NCBI GenBank assembly: GCA_963924565.1
Contig: OZ004607.1
Span: 13,640,001 to 13,704,000 of the forward strand
Source: Ascidiella aspersa
Taxonomy: Eukaryota
Direction: 5' to 3'
DNA length: 64,000 bases
Shown: one piece after another, positions 40,826 to 52,300 of the stretch
Position numbering within the stretch: position 1 is the stretch's first letter
Layout: the number at the start of each line of letters is the position of its first letter
Program-made: the position numbers and the translations under genes
The notes under the pieces: generated by a model
Database searches by the model: none
What the model was told of the DNA's origin: nothing
What the model saw: the letters and a program-made list of their open reading frames with translations, nothing else

Positions 40826-41010
40826 GAGTCTAAAATCCTACCATATCGTTCATTAATGGTCCATATTTGGGTTAGGGTAGGGGTTTTGGTGAGGGCGGGC
40901 CATGTATTATTATATTTATTATTGACTAATAAATACGACCTACCAAACCCACACGCCTACTCGCACCCTACCCCAATAATCATTTGTGTTGTGGTAGGAT
41001 TCCAGCACTC
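40826..41010. repeat. Small imperfect inverted-repeat element with GGGTTAGGGTAGGG / CCCTACCCC arms
   Basis: gagtctaaaatcctacca ... tggtaggattccagcactc, with inner G-rich and C-rich arms that are roughly complementary. Confidence 0.55.
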
Positions 41011-41444
41011 ATAATTGTTAATTCTATGTCTTGTTAACTCTTTATAGCATATTTATAATTTTATTAAATATTTTTCATTCAAAAATGGTATTTTAATATA
41101 TTGAATGTATAACCGAAAAAAGTTAGAATGTTTTTACCTCTCAAAAAAGATTTGTTGACTCGCATTTCTTTTCTTCTTGTCGCTATAAATTTATTCAGCC
41201 TAGGGATCGTATTTTTCATTTATTATTTTCTTGTCGCTATAAATGCATTCAGCTGGAATCTTTCACTTCCAGAAAACTGGATTAAAAAATTAAAATTCCG
41301 GGGAATCCTGATGAAATTGTTTGACTTTTAGTCCCTAATTATGTAGTCATTATGATGTTTAAAATTACTTTATATTAGCTCCAATCATTTAATTAAGCTC
41401 ATTTATGTTCTGTAGTATGGCTTCTGCAATCTTACAAGACCTTT

Positions 41445-42396
41445 TAGGGATGTGCAAAGTAGAATATTGAATCCAATTCGGCCGTTTATTTCGGATAATT
41501 GGAACCGATATAATTTAACGTTTTACCGCGGATTGTTGCGCCTAATTGCACAAACGCATGAGGTAAGTCGGCCTGTCGCTGCGGCGACCAATTTACAGTG
41601 CTTGCTTTAAATGTAACCTGGTAGTGCTGTGTCAGCAGCGTTTTTTCGGGCGACCAATTACTGCGTCTCGCGATAACGTTCGTCTAATAATTAAGTGTCA
41701 ATCAAGTGTTATTGGGCGAGCGATCAATGTGTAATGTCTGGTGTGGAGCTCGCAATTTCCCTAAATGCGTTAAGTTGCAATTTAAATAACATTACGTTAT
41801 AAAGCGTGCTGGCTGTCAACAAAATGTGCTATTGGTTTACTTAAGGTCAACTTTAGGCCAATATTCAGCGAGGTTATGGAGTTATGTACAGTGTAATTGT
41901 CAAGAATTTGTTAAGTCAATAGTAACTTTGTATTCTGTACAGTACATTATTTGACTGCATAACAGATCACGTTAGTAAAAAAATAAGCCCCAAGACCCAA
42001 CAATGCTTGAAAAAACAGGACCGAATTGCTTAAGACTTCTGTGTGCAGCATTGCATTGTACTCACTATTGGCAAAAATATAAGTTTTGGCAACAACCTGG
42101 ACAGTGGACATATTACAGTTTACACAACTGCTTCAAATGACAGTTGTTAAGAATGTTAAACATATGGGAGATTTTTTTTTTTATTATAATGTACACATGT
42201 TACAAAATTGTTTGGGCGATTTATTGCTGTGATTGTGGGCCCTGTAGGGTTGATTAAGATTAATCCCTTCCCCAAACAAAATCGAGGTTAAATAATTGAA
42301 TAAAAATATACTAGGATTCGCTATTCTGGATTCTTTATTCTAGATTCGAAACCTATTATTCTAGAATACCTTGGGATTCTACTTTGAACATCCCTA
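41445..42396. mobile_element. hAT-like TIR-bounded element overlapping the putative KMT2 promoter and first non-coding exon
   Basis: TAGGGATGTGCAAAGTAGAAT (41445) and ATTCTACTTTGAACATCCCTA (ends 42396) form a 21-bp inverted repeat with one mismatch. No clean 8-bp TSD. A related terminus occurs at 62492-62511. Confidence 0.6.
41470..41562 (+). promoter_or_regulatory. Putative non-coding first exon / promoter of the KMT2 gene
   Basis: CpG-rich patch ending in the consensus donor GAG|gtaagt (41563). The matching acceptor tttgtatag| at 42828 precedes the ATG at 42905. The start coordinate is approximate. Confidence 0.45.
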
Positions 42397-42904
42397 CTTT
42401 TTGTATTAAAAAACGCATGTAGGGCGCATATTTTTTTGTATTTGTAGATTAAATTTAATTAGGTTCTCCGCTGGTAAGAGCAAAAAAGCAACTCAGGCAA
42501 CGACTTTTTGGTTTGGTAATATATTTTTTCTTTATATCCGAAAAACGACAAGTTTTGGTATGTTGATGAATAACCGGGATTATAAAACAAAATTCCTCGA
42601 GATTCGGGATTGTTAATTTGCGGGAAATGCAGTTGCGTTTCCAGGTTTCGGTATAGTAGTGTTATAGATCTGTGAAACTTTTGAAATGATGTTATGACAG
42701 CTGCGCAAATTTTAGCAACTTTATTACAGCCATGCAATTTCCAGCATTATATTTAAAGTTTTCATTTATGTTCAGACAAAGATTTAATGTAGTCATTATT
42801 ATTTACCCTTTTTTATTTGTTTGTATAGAGATGTTGTATTCCGTAAAAGATCTGTTTGATTTGAATGTAATGTGTAAAAAATAGTTGGATCTACAAGTTG
42901 AATC

Positions 42905-43321
42905 ATGTATTCTGGAGCCAAAGGAAGTTTTCCTGGAAGGCCTCAGAAAAAAATTCAGAAACAAAAAGCAAAGTTTCAGCCAGCATTGTATAAAAATGAC
43001 CTGGAGGATTTAAAAGTTACTTGTTCATTTATCACACATATTACACATCAGTTTGAACGCATATTTGATGATGGAACGAGTCAGGTTAAAGGATTTACAT
43101 TTATTTGTTTATACATATTAAAACCAGGTTAAATATCACAACTGGTGTGTTGATGAAGTGACTTTTTGTAAATAATCTGGTTACTGTATATTTGATTTCC
43201 AGGAGCAGAATTTCTTGGGCTTTAAAGAAAAAAAGAAAAAGACAAAGGATACTTCTGCAAAACTTTCGAAGATAAAAACTATACCTTCAAAAGAAAGTTC
43301 AGACAATGTTGCTGTTAAGTG
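42905..43321 (+). CDS. KMT2A: KMT2 exons 1-2: menin-binding and LEDGF-binding motifs
   Basis: MYSGAKGSFPGRPQKK...HQFERIFDDGTSQ|EQNFLGFKEKK; an in-frame TGA two codons upstream of the ATG supports this start. Confidence 0.85.
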
Positions 43322-46300
43322 GTCAGTTATAAAGTAGATGTTTCAAGCAAACTTTTTTATTTTATCAGTTAATTTAAATACGCAAAATAAAATATATATA
43401 TATATAATAAATCAGAGTGATTGTTCAACAGATAGGCAAAAAATACATTCATGAACGAGCTATTTGTATTCCACATAAAAAACCTACCATTAAAATAAAA
43501 GCACATGGTTTAAGAAAATTGATGTTGACTTTTAAACGAATTGTTGAAAATATCATTAATTACATTTTTTTAGCACATGTCCTGTGCATTTCTTGTAATG
43601 GTAATGTGCTAGTCCAGTGGTTCTCTCAAATCCGACTCTTACAAACCCAAACATTATCAATTCTCTCCCAGAAAAAATCAAATTTACAAAAATACAAATG
43701 AAAAAATGGACATGTAGAACTGCATACAAGTGAAAGTACATGTGCTTGTGGGTATTAGAACAAATTCTTTAAAGAGGGGGCACAACTAAAGATGTCAAAT
43801 GGAGGTGTAACCCCAAATTTGAAGAACCCCTTTTATAAACCTCCATATTTGTAACGGTATCCTGAAACAATGTGATATTTACTGGTCCACGTTTAGAAAA
43901 CAATCAAAGTTATGAGTTTCCTATGCTAGGAAATCATAAAGAGGGTATAATTTATTTGAACCAACCCACTGCTTAAAAAGGGTTATTTTTTTCTTATTAC
44001 ATTTTGAGGTCTTTTCAGCATTACCTATGTAGTAGCACAGACAAATTTGACAATCTTATCGCTCTGTTAAGCAGTAGGTTGGATTGCATTTTTGCTGTTT
44101 TGTGGAGTTTTAGCTGAATGAATCAAATATAACTTACTTTTATGTTACAGGCACACATTGTCACCAAACCATGATGCTCATGGTGCAGGAAATGTTCAGG
44201 ACAATGTTGATTCTAGTTTCGGATCTCCACTTAGAAAAGGTATATAAATGAGGAGTGTTTAAAGTTATGTTTACTTGTTTTAAACTGACATTAAAAAAAA
44301 TTTTAGACTCTGAACCATCAGGAAGTTCATCTGATTCTGCTTTTCTACGCTATAAAAATTCAAAGCTTGACTTCCATAGGTTAAGCAGAAAAGCTCGCAG
44401 TAGGGTAAGCGGACTTTGTTTATATATCCTTTGTAAGACTATGATTGGTTATTAAACACAGTATGCATACAGCAAGTTTAAACAAAATGCTTCTCGGGTA
44501 AGGAGTATTATGACTGTTCAAGTGTCCATTAAGTTACATGCAGTTCATAGTGAAGAAAGTGTATGTCTTTAAATTATGTTGTGTTTTAATTCTATCAACA
44601 TCAATTCCACAGGATGTGTATGAGGGATACACAGCAGAGGAACAAGCCAACCGCAAGGACACCAGTGTCGCATCACTTAAGTATGCTTCCAACATCTACT
44701 TGGCGAAAGATCACAGTTCCAGCAATCCAAAGTCACCAATAAAACCTGCTACTTTCATTCCACCGCGCAGTTCCAAGCATATGCATGTCTCGAAACACGG
44801 AGCAACAGGCCTGGTCATAAAAACGGTTAGTTCGCCTGTAAAATACAGTGCCACATTAGGGTTGGCCTTAAATTAAAATTTGCACTCACCAGCAGGGCTG
44901 GGGAGCCACCGTAAAATAGCATTAGCTCCGGCTCCAGCTCCGGAGCCATCAGGCAATTATTAAATGGCTCCGGCTCCAGCTCCAGCTCCGGAGTAGTAAA
45001 ACTCATATCCCTTGGCTCCGGCTCCAGCTCCGGAGCCATCAAACATACACCCAATGACTCCGGCTCCAGCTCCGGTGCCACCAGTCACTTATTCAATGGC
45101 AAGTTTTAAAAATTGCTTTTGTCTCACTAACGTTGGAGATGGAACAAAATATAATTTCTTAGCTTTAACACCACAAATTGAAAAATGGCTCCAGCTACAC
45201 AAAAATAATAAAAATGGCTCCAGCTCCACAAAAATAATAAAAATGGCTCCGGCTCCGGCTCCAGCTCCACAAAAATAATAACAATGGCTCCGGCTCCGGC
45301 TCCAGAGAAAATGCTTAGCTCCGGGCTCCAGCTCCGGCTCCGGCTCCCCAGCCCTGCTCACCAGTCGGGCTACCTATCAGCACTCGCCAAATCATACTCT
45401 GATTTTGAAAATGAAAAGGAATAAAAACGGACAGTTAATAGAGCATTATACCCAACAATTATTTTAGCAAACCATGTTCACAGATAATGTGATCTTGGCA
45501 TATTGCGGTTGTTTTTTTATCAAGTTTAATCGATCATTATAAACCATTATTATTTAGTGAACTTTAGTTTTGTCTAGAGTTAGACCGATATATCGGTTTA
45601 CCGATAATATCGGCCGATATTTGGCTTAAACATATATATCGGTATCGGTAAATGTAGGCCGATACTTTGGCCGATGTTTTAGTACAAAAATATGATATAA
45701 TTTTTCCTGTACAACAAACATCTTACCCATTTTTTGACTATAAAATTGGGTTTTAGCAAAACGCCAAGTTATTATACAAAAAAAATATTTAATAATTAAG
45801 AAAGGTATATAAACTAGAACGTTATTTCGATTTAATTTTCAATGAATTCAAGTTTTGAACTTTTCCCAGATAAATATAACAGAATCGGTATCGGTATTGG
45901 CTAGCACTTGACACAAGTTAAAAAAATCGGGTATCGATCTCAAAAAGTGATATCGGTCGATCTCTAGTTTTGTCCTTTTTACAGCACAAAATCTCTCCTG
46001 AGAAATGTTATTAAAAATCAGATGCTCAGCGAAATAACTATTTTCTACTCCACGAGACTGTTTTGCTTGTTCATCGCAATATTGAACACACAGGACTTTT
46101 TACCATGTGTGATCCATTTGGTCAATTTCTTGTTCTGATCGTTCAAGAGTGTATTGTAAGCCATTAAACGAAAAATTGGTTTATTATTTCCAAAAACAAC
46201 AAACCAATTTTTACGGTTGAAGGCACTGATCAGTCGGTTGAGTATGTGTCAATCAGCACATGTATATCCATATATTTAACAATAGACTAAAAAATATCTC

Positions 46301-49300
46301 GCAATGAAAAGCAGGTTTAGCTTATCTGCTTAAAAATACTAATTGAATAGTTATAGATTAAATCATATTATAAACTTTGTTCATTTTGACTTTATATATT
46401 GTTTTTAGGGAAAAGCATCTGAGGATTCTTCCAAACCAACCAAATCCAAGGTATTCACTAGTTCCAAAACTAAAGTATCTTCCAAATAAAAGTTTTAAAA
46501 TATATTTCCGGCTCTAAATAACTGAAATACTTGTATTGAGAAAATTATTATGCGTTTCAGGCATATCTTTTTGCTTTAAAATCTATATTTTATTTCAGAC
46601 AACAAGAAGTTTTGTTCTGCCTACCAAAAGTGCCAGATCATCACGCATCATAAAGGCAAACAGAAAGTATTTAAATGAAGACTCAAATTCATCTGGTATA
46701 ATGGACTTAAGGTAGGGATTACTAAATGGTTACACATGGCACCTTGGAATGTTATACAAAATTTTTAATAAGCCCTAATCTAGCTTTTTGAGCAGAAGAT
46801 GTTTATAAATTATATATACTGAAGATGATACAAGCTCGTATCGAAACGTCTTAATAATCAAGATGATGTTGATCTACTCGACTTTTTTTACTTTTGCAGT
46901 TCATAGTAAGATATACTCTTTTATTGAAAAAAATTTAATTTTGTTAGCCAATCGCCTGTCCCACCTGCATCGCCAGCACTACCATCCCCTTGTTCAGTAA
47001 AGCTGCCACCTTTCATGTTTGATCATCGCCAAGTTCAACTCGAAAATATGAAAGTCCGCAAAAAACTCGGCGAAAACTACACGGTGAGATATCTTCTGCC
47101 AAGCAATGGACAGCCTTAGCTCGTCCAATGAGTGACTACTTTTTATTGTTTGTTTTTACTCAGAAACAAAACAGCACAAAAAGAAGACCTCTAATCAAGG
47201 AGCCTACCTTCCAAGTTGGCGATCCTGTTCCGCGCGAGACAACGTTCCAGCGACGAAAAAATGGTATTTACAGGGAATATACAGTAGATTTTTTGTGACG
47301 CAATGATAAATCACTAGATTAATCCCAAAATATACTCGCTTACCAATTATGACGCCATTTCTGGACTTAAGTAATACAATATATTCTATTTTATGATTAT
47401 TATTCACTTGTTCAACAAAGAGAAGCTTTTTATAAATAAATCCCTAAATGTAAAGGATCTTTTTTGTTTTTTTGACAAACAATATTGTTGTGCGCTAAGG
47501 GCACTTAATTTTGACTGATTAATCTGAAAAAAGGGGCGACTATGTAGGTTTAAAGCACCCACAGATATTCAATGTTCAACTTGAGCAGGAACGATATGCG
47601 ACGTGTTGTGTGTGTTTTACTTTTTAGTGGCTCACGCGCGAGTGCAGCGACTCATCAAGCGAGCCAAGTTCAAACACTCCGAGGTCTCAATACAAGAAAA
47701 GAAGAAGCTTATTAAGGACGCCACCTTTACAGCGGTAGGTTGCGGAGTTTTATAGGTTGTAGTCAAAAAGTCGAAGCAGACAAAAGTTGCCCTGTCGCAC
47801 GATCAAACGAATCGAATAACCTGGACTCAAAAACAACTGTCGCTTGTAAGCGTTGTCATAAGTAATAAAACATGTCTAAATATTAACTCCCACGCTCCAC
47901 CGGTTGTTAATAAACTATTTTTGTTGTTAATAAACTATTTTTCACACATGTATAAGCACAGTGAGATAAGAAACGCCCAGAGACATACAAACGACTCTGT
48001 AAAACAAATTAATAAAATAAGTTGAATCTTGTTACACAGTTGTGTATTTTAAAATCCTAGTTTTAATCATAATTACGGAGAACAGTTTTAAATTTGTAAG
48101 CGTAACATTTTTGTGAAACATATATGAAAGTTTAACCATTCCACAAATTCAGACCTTTATTGTAAAGACACGAATCTAGCCAGGAAACTACATTATCTCC
48201 TTTCGAGTCCTTTGAAATGACAACACCTGTCCTGTTTGTCACCAGCCTCTATCGGAGAGCACCGCATCTGACGAGGCGTCAAATGCAAACTCTTCGCGAC
48301 GAAGGCGAATCTCGCCGCAAAAGGAAATCTCCGACTTCGGCTTAAGTACGACTGACTGGAATACCTTGACTCAAGTCCCGACAGTAAAGAACGACTCTAT
48401 CCCGGTTAGTGGTTCGCTCGTGAAATATTTTTTAGTTTTTAACTTTTTACTAATTTTGAGAAAATGTAGGGTCACTATTTTTTCCGGTTTTACAACAAGT
48501 TTGTTAAATACGGATACTTGATGGTGGTCCGTGTCGTAACGGCATACATTAACGGGTTGATATACATATTACATAACTACGGTTATGAATTGTCCTGACT
48601 TCATTAACTACGTTTGTGAACTGTCTTGGCGTAACATATACTACTTGAGCTTAAAACAAACTCTGTTTATCCAACAAGAAGACTGACATGCGGTTACACA
48701 ACGCATTTATGAAGGGCAATTCTTCGTGCTAATTTAAATTTTAAATTTTAATTTTTTATTTTATTATATTTTTTTATTTTTTTTTTGTGATTTTGATTTT
48801 TAATATTTCTGTCGGCCTGCTAAAACGTTGATTTTTCAGAAAATACATAACTTTTGCACATTACTACGGAAACTTTATAATAAATTATATCCTTCTGTTT
48901 TGTTTTTTTCCTTCCATTTGTACCACATTTACAGTGTCGTTGCGGGTGTTAAATGACTACAGTTATAAGGTGTCACTCATAAGGCTATAAACTTATCGAC
49001 CACGTAACGCACAACCTACACTGTATAAATCGCTAACAGACCTGGACACGACAAGAGGTACACAACGTGCTGCATGGCGCGCACACGTTCGGCGCCGCGT
49101 GGGGGAGCATTACGCGTCAGTACGACTTCCACGAGCAGCACCGGGACTGGTGGAGTGTACGTAACAAGGGCGTCAAGTGCAGGAACATGGGACTGCTCAG
49201 CGCCACGTTTAAGGTAGACGCTGCGATTGTCGTACGATTTTTATATGGTTTTACCGTTGATTCATTTTAATTAACCCACAATTGTTTTAGTGCGAGAAGA

Positions 49301-52300
49301 TTTGTATTACTTTGCTATTATACATGGTTGATATTGAACTGGAATTTGCATTGTGTTGGACAATCAGCGCTCACCGGACGAAAAACACTTACCAAAAATG
49401 TCGGCACGCCGTCTTCCAATTTACGTCATTATAAATTTTAATAACCAAACAAATAGTAAGCTAAAGGCCACCGTTTTGAGTAGGACTTTTTACACCATTT
49501 TATGCGTATAGTCAATTGATTGTTGTGGTTGCGCAAGCGTGTATAAGCGATACACAATAAAGACCGCACGTTATCTTATAACAACAATCAAGTTAAAAAG
49601 CAGCAGCAGCACTAACGCGAAGCGAATGCCCTTGCACTGGTCATAAACTCTTGGAGTTAACCATAACGCATTAACATAAATGTTGTTCTGTTGTTATCCC
49701 TTTCAGTTTTAAAACTATTTTTGATAAACGAATTAAATGTGAAAAGGTCCATTATGTCACCTAATTTTTGCTGTCATGTAATAATATAATGCAAAGGCAG
49801 GCGATAGAATTCCTCTGTTTGGAGCAGGGGTTCTTAAACTGGGGTCCATGAAACTAGTTATTTTTAAGTAATCAAATTTAAAGAAAATAGTTCAATTAAA
49901 AATATAACGGTTTTGCACTGAAGGTATTTAGACTCCATTTCACTTTTACGATTTTTGGACCGAAATCAGTAGATTTTAAAGTTTCTTGCCTACCGTGGAC
50001 CACGCGAAGCAAAATAAATCTTAAGGTTCCGCGGTAAAAAAAGTTAAAAACCCCTTGACTCTGGAGTTTTTCTTGTTTTTTGTCGCCTTAGCGAAAAACA
50101 AAAAGGCTCGTATCTACAGTCTGTAGTTGAACAGAACGCAAACCCTTCATCCAATCGCTTGCATTGTATTGCGCAGGTGAAGAGCTCGGTGCTGCTCCAG
50201 CTGAAGCCGAAGCTGAGCGACAACCCGAACGTGACCGTGTTCACCCCCAACGAACTGAGGCAACGCGGCCTCACCAGGAACGTGACATGCGACATGTCAG
50301 GGGGGGCCGTCGCTGACCAGGAGGGTACCGAAGTGGCCACAAGTGATGACGCAAGCAGACGGAATAAATTAGGTAAGGACGCGAGAGTGGCCGATCGTAA
50401 CTCGTCTGTGTAAAATTAGAGCTAGATTTAGGTCGTTTTGTGTTAAGTTTGTATACCAAGCATTAAATGGCACAGCGCTGCTATTTGGTAATGGTTAATG
50501 GAAAGACAATACATTTATGGTGACGCACATCTAGAATTAAACAGATAATCGTTTTTGCTTTTCATTAAAAAAAATTGTTTTGTTTTTTTCTAATCATTTA
50601 ACAATCTTGTTCACACCAGTCTGCTTTATCCTAATTAATACGTCCTCTAAATTCACTAAAAGTAATTATTTACCTTCTATAGAAGAACGCATTTCGACGT
50701 AATGTTTTCAACCCTTCATTTTGACGAAGTAATTTGCTGGCAATTCAATTCTATTGTGAGCTTAATCTTATCTGGCTTATTTTTACGTCCAAAATAATTA
50801 CCGCCTTGTCGAGCGTTTCTTTGTCCAATGTCCATACTTTGCTTTTAAAAAGTTATTTAAAATTAATTACGATTGGTAACTTTGTAGCGTCCCCTGGTGG
50901 CAAAAGCAGCAGTGTGGATGACGTGTACCTCGGTTTGTCGCAGAAATGTTTCGACTCCCTGACTCGATCCTGCAAGCCAAAGGTATTGTTTTAAGCCATA
51001 ATATAAAGTGTGAAGGCAATACAAATAATAATCGTTTTTGTTTTAAACGTATAAACAAAACCTATTCAGTCAATGTCTTGTTTAACGTTATTTTTGCTAA
51101 AACTGTATTTTTTACATGGCAAAGCGTTTTTAATTACGAACAAATTTTTTGCCTGTGTCATATTTCTACTTAAATCTCTTTGTGCAACTACTTCAAGTAC
51201 ATTTTCAATGAAAATGGATTAGAAATATTTTTTTAAATCTATCCTAGCGAATTCCCTTAGATATCTCTCGACAATAAAATTTTGTAAACATTTTAGAATT
51301 TGCAACCTAAGACCCCAGGTATGAATCATGCTAAGACTGTATTCCCAGAAAAACATACTAAACGGGATATGTCATACCAGTGTTGTAATGACTTAAGTCA
51401 GTGACTTTGACTTAAGTGTTTGACCATAATAACTTTTTGACTTAAGTATTTTTTGATGAATGACTTGACTTGAACTTAAGTCATTGTGTCAAATAACTAG
51501 TTTAATGAAGTGTTCTCATTAAATATTTGTAAATAAAATTGGGTTATTTATCTAAATGTTTGCACCAGAAACAATTTTCCGGCTGTATATGGTTGTTTTG
51601 TTATTTTCAGTTAAGTTATTGATCAAAATCGGAAGGGTTTACCAATTTGAATAGTTAAACGATTTATTTTTGATGTCAGAAGTTGACTTGTCCTAATAAT
51701 GACGTTACTGGGATTTAACTTTGGTAACTGATGACTTAGACTGGATCTTAATTATTATTTTTTTGCCAAAAACTTTAAAATGGCTTGTTTACAACACTGT
51801 GTCATACTCTTCTTCAACAAGCGCTTTATGTGCCTTTAGTGGAGCACCTGGGAGATCCACAGCTTGCTACACGGCGTCCACTCATTCGGGGTCGGTCAGT
51901 GGCCCAAAATCCTCCAGATGTATCGCTTCCGCAAGAGTCACGACTGCCTGGCCTTACGCGCCAAGTTCAAGTCGCTCAATAACCGGGGACTCGTGGTTGG
52001 TGGAGCGGTATGTCTTTTATATACAGTTATCAACATGAAAATGCAGTTTGATTGTTTTATTTAAACTTTTCAACTAGTGGAGTCATTCAGAAAGCTCGTT
52101 TAGGTTGGACGGGAACTTCATGCTGAGCTACTTTAAGCTGCTAACGACAAATAAAAAACTTTTGTACAACATTTTATTTTTAGTTTTGTGTTGCGAGGTA
52201 TGAATCATTTTTTGCACCGATTTCTGCATTACTGACGCACCGTTTAGTGTTACCTCTTTTTGCATTTAAAGCAAATTTAATTTGGTTAGTTTATTGAATC

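Noticed and set aside
1095-41400. Numerous 60-180 aa ORFs in the intergenic region
   Set aside because: No recognizable domains, many non-ATG starts and no consistent exon chain; expected by chance in GC-rich blocks.
44827-45361. Pro/Ala and Glu/Pro repeat ORFs (APAPAP, EPELE)
   Set aside because: Translations of GGCTCC/AGCTCC subterminal repeats of a TSD-flanked MITE.
48153-48245. Upstream alternative acceptors for the 48246 exon
   Set aside because: All lead to in-frame stops; only the acceptor at 48245 keeps the frame.
49040-52007. A separate TRF/TERB1 gene nested inside KMT2
   Set aside because: The Myb exons splice in phase with flanking exons carrying MLL motifs; no separate start, stop, or TRFH/ARM region was found.
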